Counted from the first letter of the stretch, positions 48,993-64,000 are shown. The stretch: DNA of 64,000 nt from Planctomycetota bacterium (GCA_965222115.1 CBDCTJ010000007.1:288001-352000), one strand, 5' to 3'. Translations and numbers: made by a program. The notes: generated by a model not told the origin, from the sequence alone.

Positions 48993-49174
48993 CCTATTGG
49001 TTGCCGCACCCTACGGCCCCGAACGATTCCTGGGAACGATGGTCCCAAGACGCTCGGCGGTGAGTCCGACCCGGGCTCCCATCTGTGATAGGGTGCGTTT
49101 CTCGCCCGACTGCGGGCACTTCCCTCCCGCTCGCATCGATTTTGGACGAGCACCGTTTATTGGAGTTTCTCTCT

Positions 49175-49759
49175 ATGAAGAAGTTTGCTGCACTTTCACT
49201 TGCCCTCGTGTTTTCGTTCGGCGTTGTGTCGATTGTGACCGCCGAAGAGGCGCCCACCGCGGCGCCGGAAAAGACCGACACGAAGGCGCCTGCAAAAATG
49301 GCCGAGAAGAAGGCCGACACCAAGACGACCGAAGCCAAGGCTGCTCCCATGCACCCCGGCATGACCATGTTCAAGTGGGTTGCCAAGCAAGTCACCGGTA
49401 AGGACTGCAGTGACTGCTGCCCGGGCTCGGAAAAGGGCTCCGTAGCATGGACCAAGTGGTTCGAAGGTGGCAAGGACGTCCCCCTTGCCGGTCTTCGCGA
49501 TGCCTTCGTCGCCGACGGTTGGACGGCAACCAAGTTCGTTGGCTTCTTCAAGGAAATGGCTGCGAAGAAGGCCTCGGGCGATTGCTCCGACTGCAAAGAC
49601 TGCTCGGACTGCAAAGATTGCGACAGCAAGGCTGGCGCTACGTCAAAGGTCCCCACTGGTGACGCTGCCCCCGCTGGCGATGCGAGCAAGAAGGGTTGCT
49701 GCGGTGGCTGCAAGGGCAAAGCCAAGAAGGATGCCCCCGCTGAGAAACCCACTTCCTAA
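49175..49759 (+). CDS. Secreted cysteine-rich protein, function unknown
   Basis: GGAG RBS; signal peptide MKKFAALS...VTA; 11 Cys in clusters DCSDCC, DCSDCKDCSDCKDC, GCCGGC. Confidence 0.8.
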   Translation: MKKFAALSLALVFSFGVVSIVTAEEAPTAAPEKTDTKAPAKMAEKKADTKTTEAKAAPMHPGMTMFKWVAKQVTGKDCSDCCPGSEKGSVAWTKWFEGGKDVPLAGLRDAFVADGWTATKFVGFFKEMAAKKASGDCSDCKDCSDCKDCDSKAGATSKVPTGDAAPAGDASKKGCCGGCKGKAKKDAPAEKPTS

Positions 49760-49839
49760 GTACGTCTTCCGCATATAGGACGGCCCACGCGATGTGACCC
49801 ATCAACGATCACCTCGCACGCCGCCCGCGACAAACACTT

Positions 49840-49883
49840 CGCGCCGCGATCTGCACCCGCAGGTCGCGGCGCGTGTCATTTTT
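49840..49883 (+). terminator. Probable intrinsic terminator
   Basis: CGCGCCGCGATCTGC-ACCC-GCAGGTCGCGGCGCG stem (one G-U pair) followed by TGTCATTTTT. Confidence 0.65.
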
Positions 49884-50026
49884 GCCCATCAGAGTGATAA
49901 GGTGCTTGTTTGGATGCGGTGCGACCGCAACGACGCGTAGAGGCGAATTACATGGGGAGAGGTGGTAGCGTACGCATATCGGAGTGCCGAGTCGCCCATC
50001 GAATCAAGCCTGAGGACCCCCCGGAC

Positions 50027-53000
50027 ATGCCCACGAAAGCGATGAGCACCTCCCGGTCGGCCTCGGCGCAGGGCCACAAAAACGGGGACGCGCCCTACGA
50101 ACCACGCCACGTCATCCGTCTCGTGACGGCTGCCTCACTCTTTGATGGACACGACGTGGCCATCAACATCATGCGGCGCATCTTGCAAGCGTCGGGCGCC
50201 GAGGTCATTCACCTCGGTCACAATCGCTCCGTGGGAGAGATTGTGGACTGCGCCATACAAGAAGATGCGCAGGGCATCGCCATTACGTCCTATCAAGGCG
50301 GACACGTCGAGTACTTGAAGTACATGTACGACCTCTTGAAGGAGCGAGGCGCCGACATCAAGATCTTCGCAGGCGGCGGTGGCACCATTCTCCCCAGCGA
50401 AGCCGATGAACTGCACGCCTACGGCATCGCACGTGTGTATTCACCCGACGATGGCCGTGCGATGGGCCTCCAGGGCATGATCAACGATCTCTTGGAGCGT
50501 TGCGATCGACCCACGACATCGCCCACGCTACTTGACGAGAAACCGTCGCTTCCCCTGGAGACATCGCAACAGATCGCACGCTTGATTTCTCTGGCGGAAA
50601 CGTTCCCCGAGACTGCCCCGACCATCATGAAGAAGCTCCAGCCGCGTGTGGACGCGAACACGGTACCCGTACTTGGCATCACGGGCACCGGTGGCGCCGG
50701 AAAGTCGAGCCTCACCGACGAACTCGTGCGGCGTTTCCTGCGCGACATGAGTGAGATGCGCATCGCCATCATTTCGGTGGATCCGTCCAAGCGAAAGTCG
50801 GGTGGTGCGTTGCTCGGCGATCGCATTCGCATGAATTCGATCGATACGCCGCGCGTGTACATGCGTTCCCTTGCCACGCGTCAGGCCAATTTGTCGGTCA
50901 GCAAACATGTGCGCACCGCCATTCATATCGCGAAAGCCGCCGGCTACGATCTCGTCATCGTTGAGACATCGGGGATCGGCCAATCCGATACCGAGATCGT
51001 GGATCACTCCGACGTCGCGCTCTACGTCATGACCGCCGACTACGGCGCCGCCACACAGCTCGAAAAGATCGACATGCTCGACTACGCCGACGTCGTTGCG
51101 ATCAACAAGTTCGACAAGTCCGGATCCCTCGACGCGCTGCGCGACGTGCGCAAGCAGTACAAGCGCAACCACAAACTCTTCGACGCAAGCGACGACGATC
51201 TACCGATTCACGGCACGATCGCGTCGCGCTTCAACGACCGCGGCACCCACGACCTCTACCGCGCAGTAGTCAACGCCATTACGCACGAAACGGGCGTCAC
51301 GTTTACGCCCAGTGCCTCGCCGCGACCCTCAGACGATCATTCACGCCACATTATCGCGCCCAAGCGCGTGCGCTATCTAGCCGAGATTGTGGAGGCGAGC
51401 GAAACCTACGACGCCTTCGTTGACGAGCAGGCAGCGTTGGCTCAAGAACTCTACCAACTGGCCGGCACCATCGATGCGCTCCGAGAACTCGACAAGGACG
51501 CGCCTCGCCTCACCGATGGCGATCACGATCATCCCGTTGAGCCGCAGACTGACGATTCCGGCGATGTCATGTCGCTGGTGCGTCGCTACAACGAGCGCTG
51601 GACGCGGCTCCATCCCGAGTGCCAAGAGCTAGTCGCCGGATGGCCCAAGCAACGCGCGCGCTACGAGGCCGAGCACTACGAGTTTCAAGTGCGCGGCAAG
51701 ACGCTGCGGCAAGATCTGTTTACAACATCGCTCTCGGGGCTACGCATTCCGCGAGTAAGCCTTCCCACGTACACGGCCTGGGGCGACTTGCTTCGGTGGA
51801 TGTTGACAGAAAACGTTCCGGGCTCGTTTCCCTACGCGGCGGGCTCCTTTCCGCTGAAGCGTCGCGGCGAAGATCCCGCCCGAATGTTTGCGGGCGAAGG
51901 TGGGCCGGAGCGCACGAACCGCCGCTTCCACTACGTTTCGCAGGGCATGCCCGCCAAGCGCTTGTCCACGGCTTTCGATAGTGTCACGCTCTACGGCGAA
52001 GATCCCGATCACCGCCCCGACATCTTTGGCAAGGTCGGTAATAGTGGTGTGAGCGTGGCCACGGTAGACGACGCGAAGAAACTCTACTCGGGCTTCGATT
52101 TGGCCGACCCCAAGACGTCAGTCTCGATGACCATCAACGGCCCGGCGCCGATCATCCTCGGCTTCTTTATGAATGCCGCAGTCGATCAAGGATGCGAACG
52201 CTACATTCACGAGCAAGGCAAGACGCGCGAAATCAACGAGGCCATCGACACGATGTTCGCCGATCGCGGTCTGCCGCGCCCCACCTATCGCGGTGAACTA
52301 CCGCCCGGCAACGACGGGTTGGGCACCATGTTGCTTGGCGTGAGCGGCGACGAGGTGTTGCCTCGCGAAACCTACGAACGCATCAAGGCAGAGACCTTGT
52401 CACGCGTTCGGGGCACTGTACAAGCCGACATCTTAAAAGAGGACCAAGCCCAAAACACATGCATCTTTAGCACCGAGTTTGCGCTGCGCATGATGGGCGA
52501 TGTGCAGCAGTACTTCATTAACAACAAGATTCGCAACTTCTACTCGGTGAGCATCTCCGGCTATCACATTGCGGAAGCAGGCGCCAACCCCATTACCCAG
52601 TTGGCCTTCACGCTCTCCAACGGCTTTACGTTCGTTGAGTACTACCTCTCGCGCGGCATGGCGATCGACGACTTCGCGCCCAATCTCTCGTTCTTCTTCA
52701 GCAACGGTCTGGATCCCGAGTACAGCGTGATCGGTCGGGTTGCGCGGCGCATTTGGGCCAAAGCCATGAAGCACCGCTACGGCGGTAGTGCCCGGTCACA
52801 GAAACTCAAGTATCACATCCAGACATCGGGCCGCAGTCTCCATGCGCAAGAAATTGCATTCAACGACATTCGCACGACATTGCAGGCGCTCTACGCGCTC
52901 TACGACAACTGCAACTCGCTCCATACCAACGCCTACGACGAGGCCATCACGACGCCCACCGAAGAAAGCGTGCGCCGCGCGCTCGCCATTCAACTCATTA

Positions 53001-53509
53001 TCAATCGCGAGTTGGGCCTGACGAAAAACGAGAACCCGTTGCAGGGCTCGTTCGTCATCGAAGCATTGACCGACTTGGTGGAGCAGGCCGTGCTTCGCGA
53101 GTTTGAGCGCATCTCGGAGCGCGGCGGCGTCTTGGGCGCCATGGAACGCATGTATCAACGCACCAAGATTCAAGAAGAGTCGCTCTACTACGAGTCCATG
53201 AAGCACACCGGTGAACTTCCCATCGTGGGCGTCAACACGTTCTTGAGCAAGGACGGTTCTCCCACCATCATTCCACCCGACGTGATTCGCTCCACGCAAG
53301 AGGAGAAGGAGTTCGCCATCGCGAGCCGCAATGCGTTTGCCGAAGTCAATCGGGAGCGCGGTGCCAAGGCACTGGACGAACTTCGCGCCGCGGCCATTGC
53401 CAACGAAAACACATTCGAGCAGTTGATGAACGCGAGCAAGGTATGCACTCTTGGGCAGATCTCCCGCGCGCTCTATGAAATCGGCGGCCAGTACCGCCGT
53501 AATATGTAG
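50027..53509 (+). CDS. icmF: Fused isobutyryl-CoA mutase / MeaI GTPase
   Basis: N-terminal B12 domain SLFDGHD, GTPase GTGGAGKSS / ETSGIGQ / NKFD, mutase barrel RMFAGEG and [11 protein letters not shown] (Phe/Gln specificity residues); ends GGQYRRNM. Confidence 0.95.
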   Translation: MPTKAMSTSRSASAQGHKNGDAPYEPRHVIRLVTAASLFDGHDVAINIMRRILQASGAEVIHLGHNRSVGEIVDCAIQEDAQGIAITSYQGGHVEYLKYMYDLLKERGADIKIFAGGGGTILPSEADELHAYGIARVYSPDDGRAMGLQGMINDLLERCDRPTTSPTLLDEKPSLPLETSQQIARLISLAETFPETAPTIMKKLQPRVDANTVPVLGITGTGGAGKSSLTDELVRRFLRDMSEMRIAIISVDPSKRKSGGALLGDRIRMNSIDTPRVYMRSLATRQANLSVSKHVRTAIHIAKAAGYDLVIVETSGIGQSDTEIVDHSDVALYVMTADYGAATQLEKIDMLDYADVVAINKFDKSGSLDALRDVRKQYKRNHKLFDASDDDLPIHGTIASRFNDRGTHDLYRAVVNAITHETGVTFTPSASPRPSDDHSRHIIAPKRVRYLAEIVEASETYDAFVDEQAALAQELYQLAGTIDALRELDKDAPRLTDGDHDHPVEPQTDDSGDVMSLVRRYNERWTRLHPECQELVAGWPKQRARYEAEHYEFQVRGKTLRQDLFTTSLSGLRIPRVSLPTYTAWGDLLRWMLTENVPGSFPYAAGSFPLKRRGEDPARMFAGEGGPERTNRRFHYVSQGMPAKRLSTAFDSVTLYGEDPDHRPDIFGKVGNSGVSVATVDDAKKLYSGFDLADPKTSVSMTINGPAPIILGFFMNAAVDQGCERYIHEQGKTREINEAIDTMFADRGLPRPTYRGELPPGNDGLGTMLLGVSGDEVLPRETYERIKAETLSRVRGTVQADILKEDQAQNTCIFSTEFALRMMGDVQQYFINNKIRNFYSVSISGYHIAEAGANPITQLAFTLSNGFTFVEYYLSRGMAIDDFAPNLSFFFSNGLDPEYSVIGRVARRIWAKAMKHRYGGSARSQKLKYHIQTSGRSLHAQEIAFNDIRTTLQALYALYDNCNSLHTNAYDEAITTPTEESVRRALAIQLIINRELGLTKNENPLQGSFVIEALTDLVEQAVLREFERISERGGVLGAMERMYQRTKIQEESLYYESMKHTGELPIVGVNTFLSKDGSPTIIPPDVIRSTQEEKEFAIASRNAFAEVNRERGAKALDELRAAAIANENTFEQLMNASKVCTLGQISRALYEIGGQYRRNM

Positions 53510-53517
53510 GACCGCGT

Positions 53518-57137
<3,620 letters not shown>

Positions 57138-57141
<4 letters not shown>

Positions 57142-58127
57142 GACCACCAGTCGAAGAACTGCTGACGGGCATTCGCTCGGGCAATCGTGCGATGTTGGCG
57201 CGAGCCATTACGCTCGTTGAAGACCGCCGGGCCTCACGACACGAAGATGCCCAACAGTTGCTACGAGCCGTGTGGCCCGAGAGCGGATCCGCCCTGCGCA
57301 TTGGCATGACGGGAACGCCGGGGGTGGGCAAGAGCACGTTGATAGAGGCACTTGGCATGCGCCTCGTTGAACACGGCAAGCACGTCGCCGTACTTGCGGT
57401 CGATCCATCCAGTACCGTTAGCGGCGGTAGCATTTTGGGTGACAAGGCCCGCATGCATCGCCTCGCTCAACACAAGCACGCCTACATTCGCCCGTCCCCC
57501 ACCGCTACAACACTTGGCGGCGTTGCGCGACGAACACTCGAAGCCATGGTGCTATGCGAAGCCGCAGGATTCGATGTGGTGTTTATCGAAACGGTGGGTG
57601 TGGGTCAATCCGAAGTCACCGTCGCCGACGTGGTGGACACCATGGTGCTTCTCCTCTTGCCAGGCGGCGGTGATGAATTGCAGGGCATCAAGCGTGGTGT
57701 ACTTGAACGCGCGAACGTGGTTGTTGTCCATAAAGCCGACGGCGACCGCGAACGTGCAGCCCGTGAATCGGGCGACGAAATTCGAGCGGCCTTGCGCTAC
57801 GCGCGGAGCGACTCGCCGGGCAACGCCCCCATCGTGCTGGAAGCCAGCGCATCCACCGGTGCGGGCCTTGACGCGGTGTGGCAGGCGATTACCGATCACC
57901 AAGCTTGGCTCGCGCAGGAGAACCGCTTGGCGACGCGTCGGCAGCAACAACTCGCGCGTCTGATTCACGCCGCGATGAATGATGAACTTACAGCGCGCCT
58001 CGCGGCGTATCCACCACTCACTGACGAACTTGATTCGGCGGCACAGTCTGTCATGACGGGCGACGCGCTTCCCTTTGGTGCTGCGAAGGCTCTCCTCGAA
58101 CGATGGCTACGAAGCCGCCGCGACTGA
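57138..58127 (+). CDS. meaB: Methylmalonyl-CoA mutase-associated GTPase MeaB/ArgK
   Basis: [54 protein letters not shown]; GTGA overlap with the mutase. Confidence 0.95.
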
Positions 58128-58130
58128 CGA

Positions 58131-61100
58131 CTACGTAAACGACGTCCGCTCTTCCTGTGGCGGAGGCACGACCGACGCGCCGCCGGGTGCCTCCTTGATG
58201 TGAAGATCGCGCTGGGGAAAGGGAATCTCAATCTTGTGTTCGCGGAAGGCTTTGTTGATCGCCAGCCCTAGATCGCTACGCACGTGAATGTGTTCTTCGA
58301 CATCGGCGTAGTACAACACCGTAAAATCGAGACTCGAATCGCCAAATCCAGAAAAGAGCACTTTGGGCTTGGGGTCCTTGAGAATGCGACGTTCGCTGCG
58401 CACGACATCGGTGAGAATCTTGACGACCTTCTCCAGATCGGTGCCGTAGGCCACGCCAACCTGCACGCGACCGCGTGTCTCGCGGTCCTTCCGACTCCAG
58501 TTGGTGACTTCTTGCGTAATGAAGTTTTTGTTCGGAACGATAATCTCTTGGTTATCACGATTGGTGACGTGCGTGGCGCGCACATTGATGCGCTCCACAA
58601 TGCCCCAGGTGTCGCCCACGGAGATGGCGTCTCCAATACGCACGGGGCGTTCCAGCAGCAAAATGATGCCGCTGATGAAGTTGGCCACAATCTCTTGCAA
58701 CCCAAAGCCGATACCCACAGAGAACGCCGCCAAGAGCCAGCCAATGTCGGCAAAGCGAAAGCCCATCGTGAGCAGCGCCGCAGCATAAGCAAAGAACAGC
58801 AGCGCGTAGCGCGCAAACGTTAGGAGTACATACCCGCCGCTCCCGCCCCCGGTTTTCATCTTCGCCACGAAGCGTGACTCGAGAAACGCACCGAGGTTGC
58901 CCACCAAGAAGTGAGCACCCGCAATCCACACCAAGGCCTTGGCCACTTCCCACAAGGTGAGTGAACGCTCTTCGTCGAGCTCGTGGATCTTAAACTCGGA
59001 AAGGAAACCGCGAATGGTGTCGTCGAGCCCCCAAAAGTCGGCCAGCAAGAAGACGGCGAGCGTGCCCGCCACGCCCATGCTGAGTCGTGTGAGTTGCTGC
59101 ACCACCGAATCCGAAATGTGCTCGCCGCTTTCGGCGTCGGTCAACTCGGGATTGGCGCGGCGCATACTGGACGCTGCACGGCTGATGCTGCCACGCACAA
59201 CGAGATACAAGCCGATGAGCAGCAAGACCGTCACGATGGTCTGAACGATGTTGCCCAACGCCATGGCCGAGCCCAACCGGTAGCCCATCAACTCGCCAAC
59301 GATGATGCCGCCAAGCACGAGGTAGATGAGTGGACGCACAAGCGGCAACGCGCGACGCCAGAATGGAGACCAGTTGGAGAGTGCCTCGGAGAATGCGCGC
59401 TTGCGCCACAAGAGACGCACGAGTTGATAGCAAAACGTCAATAAGAACGCCGTGTACAGAACGCGGGAGAGCCCCGCCATCTTGAAGGGCGCGCGTGAGA
59501 GTACGACGGCCGGCGTTAGGAGGCACAGGCCCGCTAGCGATGAGTGGCAAACAAAGCGTTTGAGGGAGTGCCCGAGCGCAGGCGACATGCCCCATTCGCG
59601 TTCGGCAAAGCGACCGGGACCAAAAAACGCGGACCCAAGTGCAATCAGGGCCAAGAAGATGCCCGCGTAGCGCAGTAGCAAGGCCGATGGTTCGGCGATT
59701 CCGGCAGGCAGTCCCAACCACCCCACGCCGTAACTGAGTGCGATTAACCCCAACGGAATGGTGCAGGTGCGGAGCACGACGCCAACCAGCCGCGACACGG
59801 CGTGCCAGAATCCGCGTGCCCGCGTCGTGGCCACGGGGCGATTCCGAAGCCAGCGCGAAAACATAAACAGCGACAACAACGCAATGAGCCAGGAGATCAA
59901 TCGCACCTTGTGCGTGCGAAGGGTCTCGAAAAACGCCGATACGCGCGAAGGCTCTGCCAGCACCTCGGGCAGGCGCGCGGCATCTGCCGCAGCTTCCGAG
60001 AACGTGCCGATGCCAAAGGGGGCGTCGCTGCGAATGCGATACAGGCGACTCGTGACACTACCGAGCAGCTTGTCGGACTGCGCCAAGCGCTTGTCGAGCA
60101 AACCGCCTAGCTCTTTCAAGGGTCCTTGCATGCCGGCGAGCACATCGGCGCGGTGTCGCAATTCCCCACGCATCCCGTCGTTCTCGCCAATGCCAAGCGC
60201 AAAGGCAAGTTGCTTGCGCATGGCGCTGTCCATGGTGACGCCATCTTCAGCCAGTTGCTTGTGAATGTCGCGGCGTATCTCGCTCTCGTCAAAAGGACTC
60301 GCCAAGTCATCAAGTCGATGCTCGACTTCTGCGAGCGCGCCTAAGACCGCATCGCGGTCTTTTCGCCATGCGGGCATAACGTTGCGCTCCAAGTCATCCC
60401 GCGCGTCCTTCACGTTATTGATCACGCGCACCACGCGCTCGGCTGCATCGGCTGAGATGTCGGATGTCTGGCCGAAGCGTCGCTTGACCGTATCGCTTTG
60501 CCGTTCCAAATGGGCCACGCGCCGGCGCTCGCGCTCCAGGGTGCGTTGAATACGAGCGGCGCGACTCCGATCGAGTTGGGCTTGAGCCATGATGTGCTTG
60601 CCTTGGGCCTCGATGGATTTAAGCACACGTTGAAAGGGATCGCGCTCGGCTTTGGCCTCGGCGGCCTTGGACTCGGCCTCTGCGATCGCCACTTCGCCTT
60701 TTTCCCGCAAGTCATCGGCGCGCTGGTTCTGTTTGTGTTCCAGTTCGAACTGTAAAACGCGAATCGCGTTTTGATCGCGCTCTTCTTCGGTCTTGAGCGT
60801 GTCGATGGTGTCTGTCAACGGACCCAACGTATCGCCCGCGGCCTTCATGCGATCACTTGCCGCACGCAAGAAGATTTGATCATTCTCGCGCTTGTACTTG
60901 TCGAGGCCCGAACTGAGTTCGGCCTTGGGATCTTGCACACGCTTGCGTACGCGCTCGGCGAGCGGCGGAAGTTCGTCGAGGCCCGACTTGATGAATTCCA
61001 GATCGGCACGCCACGCGGCAAGCGACGCTGTCGTCTGCTTCATCTGCTCGCGCATCTTGGCGATTTCTGCCGTCACGATCTCCAAGCTCTTGCGCGACAT

Positions 61101-61508
61101 GGCAGCTTCGTCACCCCCGGGCGGCACGCCACACAGGAGATTCTTGAGTTCCTTATCGGCCTGGTCTTTGCGCTTGCTCAGTTCAACGGGGCTCGGCAAC
61201 TTGTCCTTAAGCGTGACAGCACGCAAGTAGTCGTTGATGATGGCCACGCGCACCTGATGCACGTTCTTCCACTTGCCCGCATCCGACTTCGCGTCAACTT
61301 CGCCGAGTTCGATGGCTTTCTTCTGGGCTTCGTCGCGGAGCTTCTCCAGATCCGAAACGGTGATCGCATCGCGCTCCCACGGTTTGAGTTCTTCGCCATA
61401 TGCGGTAGGCGCGGGGAACATCCCCCAAAGGAGCGCGGCGACGAGCACGCCCACGAGATGCACAGCGACACGCGGTTTGGATGCATTCAACGAGGACTCC
61501 TTCACCAT
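58131..61508 (-). CDS. MscS-family mechanosensitive channel with large periplasmic coiled-coil (MscK/KefA-like)
   Basis: Signal peptide, long helical region, many TMs, SVGIGFGLQEIVANFISGIILLLERPVRIGD, VPNK.F, VGVAYGTD, IPFPQRD. Start uncertain. Confidence 0.9.
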   Translation of the reverse strand: MVKESSLNASKPRVAVHLVGVLVAALLWGMFPAPTAYGEELKPWERDAITVSDLEKLRDEAQKKAIELGEVDAKSDAGKWKNVHQVRVAIINDYLRAVTLKDKLPSPVELSKRKDQADKELKNLLCGVPPGGDEAAMSRKSLEIVTAEIAKMREQMKQTTASLAAWRADLEFIKSGLDELPPLAERVRKRVQDPKAELSSGLDKYKRENDQIFLRAASDRMKAAGDTLGPLTDTIDTLKTEEERDQNAIRVLQFELEHKQNQRADDLREKGEVAIAEAESKAAEAKAERDPFQRVLKSIEAQGKHIMAQAQLDRSRAARIQRTLERERRRVAHLERQSDTVKRRFGQTSDISADAAERVVRVINNVKDARDDLERNVMPAWRKDRDAVLGALAEVEHRLDDLASPFDESEIRRDIHKQLAEDGVTMDSAMRKQLAFALGIGENDGMRGELRHRADVLAGMQGPLKELGGLLDKRLAQSDKLLGSVTSRLYRIRSDAPFGIGTFSEAAADAARLPEVLAEPSRVSAFFETLRTHKVRLISWLIALLSLFMFSRWLRNRPVATTRARGFWHAVSRLVGVVLRTCTIPLGLIALSYGVGWLGLPAGIAEPSALLLRYAGIFLALIALGSAFFGPGRFAEREWGMSPALGHSLKRFVCHSSLAGLCLLTPAVVLSRAPFKMAGLSRVLYTAFLLTFCYQLVRLLWRKRAFSEALSNWSPFWRRALPLVRPLIYLVLGGIIVGELMGYRLGSAMALGNIVQTIVTVLLLIGLYLVVRGSISRAASSMRRANPELTDAESGEHISDSVVQQLTRLSMGVAGTLAVFLLADFWGLDDTIRGFLSEFKIHELDEERSLTLWEVAKALVWIAGAHFLVGNLGAFLESRFVAKMKTGGGSGGYVLLTFARYALLFFAYAAALLTMGFRFADIGWLLAAFSVGIGFGLQEIVANFISGIILLLERPVRIGDAISVGDTWGIVERINVRATHVTNRDNQEIIVPNKNFITQEVTNWSRKDRETRGRVQVGVAYGTDLEKVVKILTDVVRSERRILKDPKPKVLFSGFGDSSLDFTVLYYADVEEHIHVRSDLGLAINKAFREHKIEIPFPQRDLHIKEAPGGASVVPPPQEERTSFT

Positions 61509-61778
61509 GACAGCAACGGCGAGCGCGAATTCGACCTTGGCCGTGCGGGCATGGGTCCGAGCGGCATTCCGGCAACACCACGATTGTGACCCAGACGTGT
61601 GGGGGCAAACGACGTAGGATGGTGCGCGCCGGTCACAGCACTGTCGCCGTGACATGGGTCCGCATGACAAGGACTTAGGCGAATCCGCCGCACACGACCG
61701 TCCCGTTGAGTACGAAGTTCATGCGATCGCCGGAGGTGGTTGCTAAGCTGGCGTAAGCGAGCTGGTGGAGCGTTTTGC

Positions 61779-62531
61779 ATGACAACCGACGCACAAAGAC
61801 AACGTAGACGAACCGAGATCGGAACCGGGGCGCGCCTTGCGCTACGGTGCGCCGCAACCGTTCTGATGGCCGTGGGCGCCACCGCCTGCGCATCGGATGA
61901 CCCCGATCCGGGCTTTGACCCCTTTGTATTTGATCGGCCAACGGACGGGGCGAACACACGCGGACCGCTCACCGCCGACGATATTGCGCCCGAATCCGAT
62001 GAACCCACTCGTAAGGCGCCGAACCGGGCACCGATGGCAAGTGCCGTTCCGCCTGCGGCGGCGGGAGGTACGCCCACGCCCGCCTATGGGTCGCCCGACA
62101 GCAATAGCCCGGATGGGGGTAGCCCCGATGGGGGCATGTATGCGGGCAGCAGCGCGCCACTCTATGGCGATGAACCTTCCGGCTTGATTGGCGGCGGCAC
62201 CCTCCCGGGTCACCCCGCACCGCCCACTGGGAGTGGATTTCCGCAGTCGGTTCCTCCAAATGCGATGCCTCCGAACGGCGCCCCTGCACTACCTCCACTG
62301 CCGGCCGCACCGGCTACTGAAATGCCCAACACACCGATGCCGGGGTCGGCGCCACCGTCAGCTGTGCCGCCCCCAACTCAACCGCAGCCCGCACGACCCA
62401 ACTTCACCACACCACCGCAACCATCACCGTCGATCGCAACGCCCGCCGCGCCATCCCCGGTGCAACCGCCACCCGGTGTGGCTCGTGATATTGGCCTGCC
62501 GCCGCCGCCCCTACCTCCCCTGGATCGCTAG
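61779..62531 (+). CDS. Proline-rich putative lipoprotein
   Basis: GGAG RBS; basic then hydrophobic N-terminus ending ATAC; remainder Pro/Gly/Ala low complexity. Confidence 0.6.
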   Translation: MTTDAQRQRRRTEIGTGARLALRCAATVLMAVGATACASDDPDPGFDPFVFDRPTDGANTRGPLTADDIAPESDEPTRKAPNRAPMASAVPPAAAGGTPTPAYGSPDSNSPDGGSPDGGMYAGSSAPLYGDEPSGLIGGGTLPGHPAPPTGSGFPQSVPPNAMPPNGAPALPPLPAAPATEMPNTPMPGSAPPSAVPPPTQPQPARPNFTTPPQPSPSIATPAAPSPVQPPPGVARDIGLPPPPLPPLDR

Positions 62532-62592
62532 CGATTCTTCACACGTAGGTGTTACATGGCTGCGCGCCAATGTTGGTGCGTGAGGCCATGCC

Positions 62593-64000
62593 ATGAACGA
62601 CCTACTGGTGCGCTTGGGAGTCACCGCGGACGATCGCGTCCTGGCGATCGATGACGCAAACCGCGACACGGTGCGCATTGAGAACCCAGCCAATGAAGAA
62701 ACGCTGGCGTTCGTGGCCCTGCAAGACGAGGACGCCTACAACGAAGCGGTAGTGCGCGCGATGCATGTACAACGCGCCTGGCGCGTGCTCCCGGCACCCA
62801 AACGCGGCGAGATTGTGCGACAGATCGGCAACGCAATCCGCGAGCGGCAAGACGACCTCGGCGAACTCGTCACGCGTGAGATGGGCAAGATTCGCACCGA
62901 AGGAGTTGGTGAAGTCATTGAATGCATCGACATGGCCGACTTCTCGGTGGGCCTATCGCGACAACTGTATGGACTCGCCATGCACAGCGAACGCCCCGAA
63001 CATCGCATGCTGGAACAGTGGCACCCGCTTGGCACCATCGGCATTATCACCGCCTTTAACTTTCCGGTGGCGGTGTGGGCATGGAATGCGATGGTGGCCG
63101 CGGTTTGCGGTAACGCCATGGTATGGAAGCCATCGCTGCGCACGCCACTCACCGCCATCGCCATGTCAACGATTGCACGCGATGTGATGGACACGCAAGA
63201 CGTATTTCAACCCGCCGAAGGCGAGGCGCGCGATGTGTTTCAACTCGTCATCGGTCGCGATGAGGTGGTGGGTGAACCCATGATTGCCGATCGGCGCCTG
63301 CCACTCATCAGTGCAACGGGCAGTTGTCGTATGGGCCGCCATGTCGGTGCGGTGGTCGCGAAGCGCTTGGGGAAGTCGTTGCTGGAACTTGGTGGCAACA
63401 ATGCGGTCATCGTTATGCCCGACGCCGATCTCAAACTCGCAACGCGCGCGGTGCTCTTCGGTGCGGTGGGTACGGCCGGTCAGCGCTGCACGAGCACGCG
63501 TCGTTTGTATTGCCACAACGACGTGAAAGACGAGATCACCAAAAGGCTCGTCGAGGCCTACGCGGGAATCTCGATCGGCGATCCGGCCGATGCGGGCACG
63601 TTAATGGGGCCCTTGATTCATGACGGTGCGATTCAGGACATGGCGCGTGCCATTGAGTCTGCCGTGAAGGCGGGCGGAACCGTGCTCACGGGAGGCTTGC
63701 CGGGCATTGCGCGCTTTCAGGATCAAAGTGGGCACTTTGTCGAACCCACAGTCATTGACATGCCGGCAGATCCGATTCCCGGTGTCGTGCGCGAAGAGAC
63801 CTTTGCGCCCGTGCTTTATGTGATGGGCGTTGACTCGCTGGAACAGGCCATTGAACTCAACAACGCCGTTGATCAAGGCCTCTCAAGCGCCGTATTTACG
63901 GGCAGCATGCGCGCCGCGGAACGTTTCCTATCACCGGCTGGATCGGACTGTGGCATTGCCAACGTCAATATTGGCACCAGCGGTGCCGAAATCGGCGGTG
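62593..64000 (+). CDS. Aldehyde dehydrogenase family 7 (antiquitin / piperideine-6-carboxylate dehydrogenase-like), 3' end outside window
   Basis: Absent from the ORF track (no stop in window). Translates MNDLLVRLG...PAPKRGEIVRQIG...GLSRQLYG...SERP.H...AFNFPVAVWAWN...LELGGNN...GTAGQRCT...SDCGIANVNIGTSGAEIGG. Confidence 0.92.
   Translation, partial: MNDLLVRLGVTADDRVLAIDDANRDTVRIENPANEETLAFVALQDEDAYNEAVVRAMHVQRAWRVLPAPKRGEIVRQIGNAIRERQDDLGELVTREMGKIRTEGVGEVIECIDMADFSVGLSRQLYGLAMHSERPEHRMLEQWHPLGTIGIITAFNFPVAVWAWNAMVAAVCGNAMVWKPSLRTPLTAIAMSTIARDVMDTQDVFQPAEGEARDVFQLVIGRDEVVGEPMIADRRLPLISATGSCRMGRHVGAVVAKRLGKSLLELGGNNAVIVMPDADLKLATRAVLFGAVGTAGQRCTSTRRLYCHNDVKDEITKRLVEAYAGISIGDPADAGTLMGPLIHDGAIQDMARAIESAVKAGGTVLTGGLPGIARFQDQSGHFVEPTVIDMPADPIPGVVREETFAPVLYVMGVDSLEQAIELNNAVDQGLSSAVFTGSMRAAERFLSPAGSDCGIANVNIGTSGAEIGG

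Noticed and set aside
49885-50026. Cobalamin riboswitch upstream of icmF
   Set aside because: There is a small hairpin (TGCGGT-GCG-ACCGCA) and a loose AGCCTGAGGACC resemblance to the B12 box, but the AGGGAA, CCCGCAACTGT and GCCACTG core elements are missing.

Overview
A GC-rich, gene-dense bacterial chromosomal segment. Gene content (planctomycete-style prenyltransferase-repeat and FGE-domain secreted proteins, lpxK) suggests a diderm, probably Planctomycetota; this is inference. Most of the window is metabolic or envelope genes: split formiminotransferase/cyclodeaminase, two ABC exporters, an orphan gspK behind two FG-GAP proteins, lpxK, a LysM protein, glutaryl-CoA dehydrogenase, acs, a classical menaquinone operon (menF-D-H-B-A plus a menC-menE fusion and a convergent thioesterase), a B12 mutase cluster (icmF, a single-chain MutA-MutB fusion, meaB), an MscK-like channel and two aldehyde dehydrogenases. 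The most unusual element is an HUH/Y1 (RAYT-like) transposase gene flanked on both sides by 146-bp modules of identical architecture: three 31-bp palindromes separated by 10-nt and 43-nt divergent spacers, with mirror-image C/G skew in the neighbouring genes. Other items the ORF track does not explain: a probable 6S RNA, a two-component system whose predicted 11-bp-periodic binding box lies upstream of both itself and a large secreted protein, a Cys-rich secreted protein with an ECF-type promoter and structured leader, and an orphan antitoxin-like gene with a truncated toxin start. All calls come from reading motifs by eye; no database searches were run.
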